Part shown: positions 20,762-23,255 of the stretch, piece after piece
Layout: the number at the start of each line of letters is the position of its first letter
Position numbering within the stretch: position 1 is the stretch's first letter
Source: Azolla caroliniana
Lineage: Eukaryota; Plantae; Polypodiophyta
Assembly (NCBI GenBank): GCA_043228905.1
Contig: JBHGNT010000481.1
Location: forward strand, 1 to 23,255
Length of the DNA: 23,255 nucleotides
Direction: 5' to 3'
Program-made: the position numbers and the translations under genes
Notes under the pieces: model-generated
Database searches by the model: none
The model's input: the letters and a program-made list of their open reading frames with translations, nothing else
What the model was told of the DNA's origin: nothing

Positions 20762-22602
20762 CCGCTTCCATTCATGGATGGAGTCTTGGATGCGGTGGCG
20801 GGGCACGAGTTGTATAGTTTCCTCGACGGATTCAACGGGTATAACCAAATCAGGATGCACTCGGACGACCAGGAGAAAACAACTTTCGTAACCGAATGGG
20901 GAGTCTTCGTAGCGATCGTGATGATGTTCGGACTAAAGACGACACCAGAATTGTTCCAACGAATCATCATGGAAATTTTCGGGGAGTTTATTCCTGCGTT
21001 TATGTAGGTGTTCTTAGATGACTTTGTGGTGTATAGCAAGAAAGGATAACATCTTGACCATCACTAGTTATGCTTGGAAAAATGCAGAGGTTACCGACCA
21101 AGTCTGAATCTGGCGAAATGCGTATTCGGGGTAACCAACGTCATGCTATTAGGTCATATCGTTAATAAGGATGAGATTGCGATGGACCCGGATAAAGTTA
21201 AAGCCATTTTGGAAGCACCTGCACCGATGACGGCCAAAGCTTTAAGTCGGTTTTTAGGAGAAATCCGGTGGCATAGCCGGATGCTCCGATCCTTAGCCGA
21301 CCTTGCGACACCACTACATGCAGCCGTACACAAGACACCCTTCCATTGGAGGGAACTAGAGGATAGGGCATACCATGCGCTCAAACTAATGCTGTCCCAA
21401 GCACCGGTGGTACAACCCCCCGATTGGTCGAAGGAATTTCATGTGTTTGTGGACGCATCTGATATTGCGATTGCTAGTGTTCTTATGTAGCTCACCGAAC
21501 TGAAGTGGTGCCGATCAGTTTACTACGCCAGTCGGAAGCTCTCCCAGGCGGAATGGAATTATTCGACAATGGAAAGGGAAGCCTTAAGAATGCTGCACAG
21601 TGTAACGAAGTACCGTCATTACTTGTTGGGACGGAAATTCTCATTCCATGTGGATCATTCGGCATTACTGTACTTGGTCTCCAAATCATCGTTAACCGGC
21701 AAACTAACACCATGGACGCTGCTTCTACAAGAGTTCAAATTTGAAATCTACCAGAGGCCGGGAGTACAACATTGAATAGCGGATTACTTGAGCCGGTTAG
21801 AATCCGGAGAGGTAGGCGACGGAGTCCGTGATGAACTACCAGACGCGCAACTGTTTAGGGTGACAACGGAAAACACAGTGGACGGGATGGTCACTAAGGA
21901 GGACAAATGGCTGACGAACATGCATCACTTCCTCAGCACCGGACTGCGTCCGAAAGAGTTAAATCGAGACGAGTGGAAATGGTTGGCTGTACAAAGCTGA
22001 CACTTTTGTCTATTGCAAGATATGTTGTACCAGAAGGGAGCGGATGGTATATGGCGAAGAGAGGTCCGGAGCGACGAAAAGGACACAATTCTATGGGAAG
22101 CTCACTGTGGAGTCGCTAGAGGACACTATACTTGAGGCGCAACAACAAGGAAGATATGGCAAAGCAAATTATGGTGGCCTACAACACTGAAGGACTCGAT
22201 GTGGTATGCCAAGGAATGCGACTTATGTCAACGAATGGGCCAACCAACAGAGGAAGCGAGGATGCTGCATCAGCTGGTGTTACCACTGGAGCCGTTTCAA
22301 AAATGGGGATTGGACTTCGTCGGACCCTTCAAGCCTCCAACAATGAGGATCAGAAACCGGTATATTATTGTTGCAACGGACTACTGCACGAAGTGGGTTG
22401 AAGCAAAGGCACTCCGGGACAATACTGCGGCATGAACGGCCAAGTTCCTATACGAGTACATTTGGTGCCGGTACAGATGTCCGATCGAACTAATAAGTGA
22501 TCAAGGCAAACACTTCCTCGGACAAGTGGTGGAGAGGTTAATGTCGTTTTATGCGGTGGTGCACAAGCAGAGTACACCATATTATCCGCAGGCCAACGGA
22601 GT
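20552..22602 (+). pseudogene. pol: Gypsy pol: RT, RNase H, integrase (cut in the catalytic core)
   Basis: [82 protein letters not shown]. Many stops. Confidence 0.95.
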
Positions 22603-23255
22603 CGTGAAGATCCGTCACTATGTGAAGATTGTGAGGCAGAACCGCCGGTGTTCTGGACCGGAAGGACTCGAAGTATGCACTAGCTTTAGCGAGAAAGGAT
22701 TTAAGATAGATTGAGATAAGATAGAACGCTTGACTTTAGATTGAAAGAGATTAAGATTGAAATCTTGACTTTAGTTTTGAAGAACAAGATTGATACATCA
22801 ATTGGATAACGAATTTCTTACTTTTAATTTCTTGATTCATACATCGCTCCCTTTGATCTTTTTCATCCACCCTTTTATAGATGCTCCCATGCATATGATG
22901 TTGGGATGTCGGTCCCTCCGGATGGGATGTCCGGAGATGAATGACGGCAAGCCCGGTTGCGGTTACAGAACCGGAGGATGAAGAGTACCCGGCATGAAGC
23001 CGGATGAAGACCCCGGCTACGGAGCCGGATGATGAAGACCCCGGCTACGGAGCCGGATGATGAAGACCCCGGATACGGAGCAGGATGACGAATGTACCCG
23101 GAGAGAGATCCGGATGCGGGGACATATTTGTGAATATGTTTGCCAAGGGCTCTTGAGGCTATATTTGTAAATAGCCCGAAAGTCATATGTGTATAAATAT
23201 GACTTAGGGCAAACAGTTCGTTACTGTTGTTACTTACTTTTCTGGTTTTCTACTT
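22603..23255. mobile_element. Probable LTR of another element inserted into integrase, running off the window
   Basis: Integrase homology ends abruptly after PQANG. Non-coding DNA follows with CCTTTTATAG (minus-strand TATA, 22871) and tandem repeats. TSD cannot be checked. Confidence 0.6.
23003..23086. repeat. 28-bp tandem repeat, 3 copies plus degenerate flanks
   Basis: GATGAAGACCCCGGmTACGGAGCmGGAT at 23003, 23031 and 23059. Confidence 0.9.

Larger units (their letters stand above)
15564..22602 (+). mobile_element. Degenerate Ty3/Gypsy element (Phygy-like), interrupted; 3' part not in the window
   Basis: LTR-like 5' region, then gag-PR-RT-RH-INT order. The lineage is inferred from RT/RH motifs. 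Confidence 0.9.

Noticed and set aside
14671-22602. Alternative genetic code (TAA/TAG = Gln), suggested by many TAR stops at apparent Gln positions (e.g. FM*VFLDDF)
   Set aside because: TGA stops at likely Arg (CGA) positions and frameshifts are also common in these elements. C>T decay of methylated DNA explains all of them more simply

Overview
Repeat-dense, intergenic eukaryotic DNA with no intact host gene. The element families resemble those of bryophytes/early land plants, but the host cannot be determined from this window. The window is a nest of decayed transposons. (1) An old Ty1/Copia element (~960-9378, +) with a Met-tRNA PBS. Its gag is split by a young chromodomain Ty3/Gypsy element (1460-4460, TSD CTCAA, internally deleted, with an inverted RT fragment). 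Its RT is rearranged and holds an antisense LTR remnant. (2) An AT-rich spacer containing a tRNA-like fragment, a complete non-autonomous hAT-type element (10526-11934, 11-bp TIRs, 8-bp TSD) and a ~129-bp tandem array. (3) Minus-strand remnants: a second Copia 3' end, an LTR and a cryptic decayed coiled-coil ORF. (4) A Phygy-like Gypsy element (15564-22602, +) interrupted by a 1231-bp solo LTR with a 4-bp TSD, a 333-bp tandem duplication, and a further LTR running off the window. The most interesting signals are in the chromovirus LTR: phased heat-shock-element arrays before a TATA box, and antisense tRNA-type Pol III A/B boxes at tRNA spacing. All alignments and counts were made by eye.
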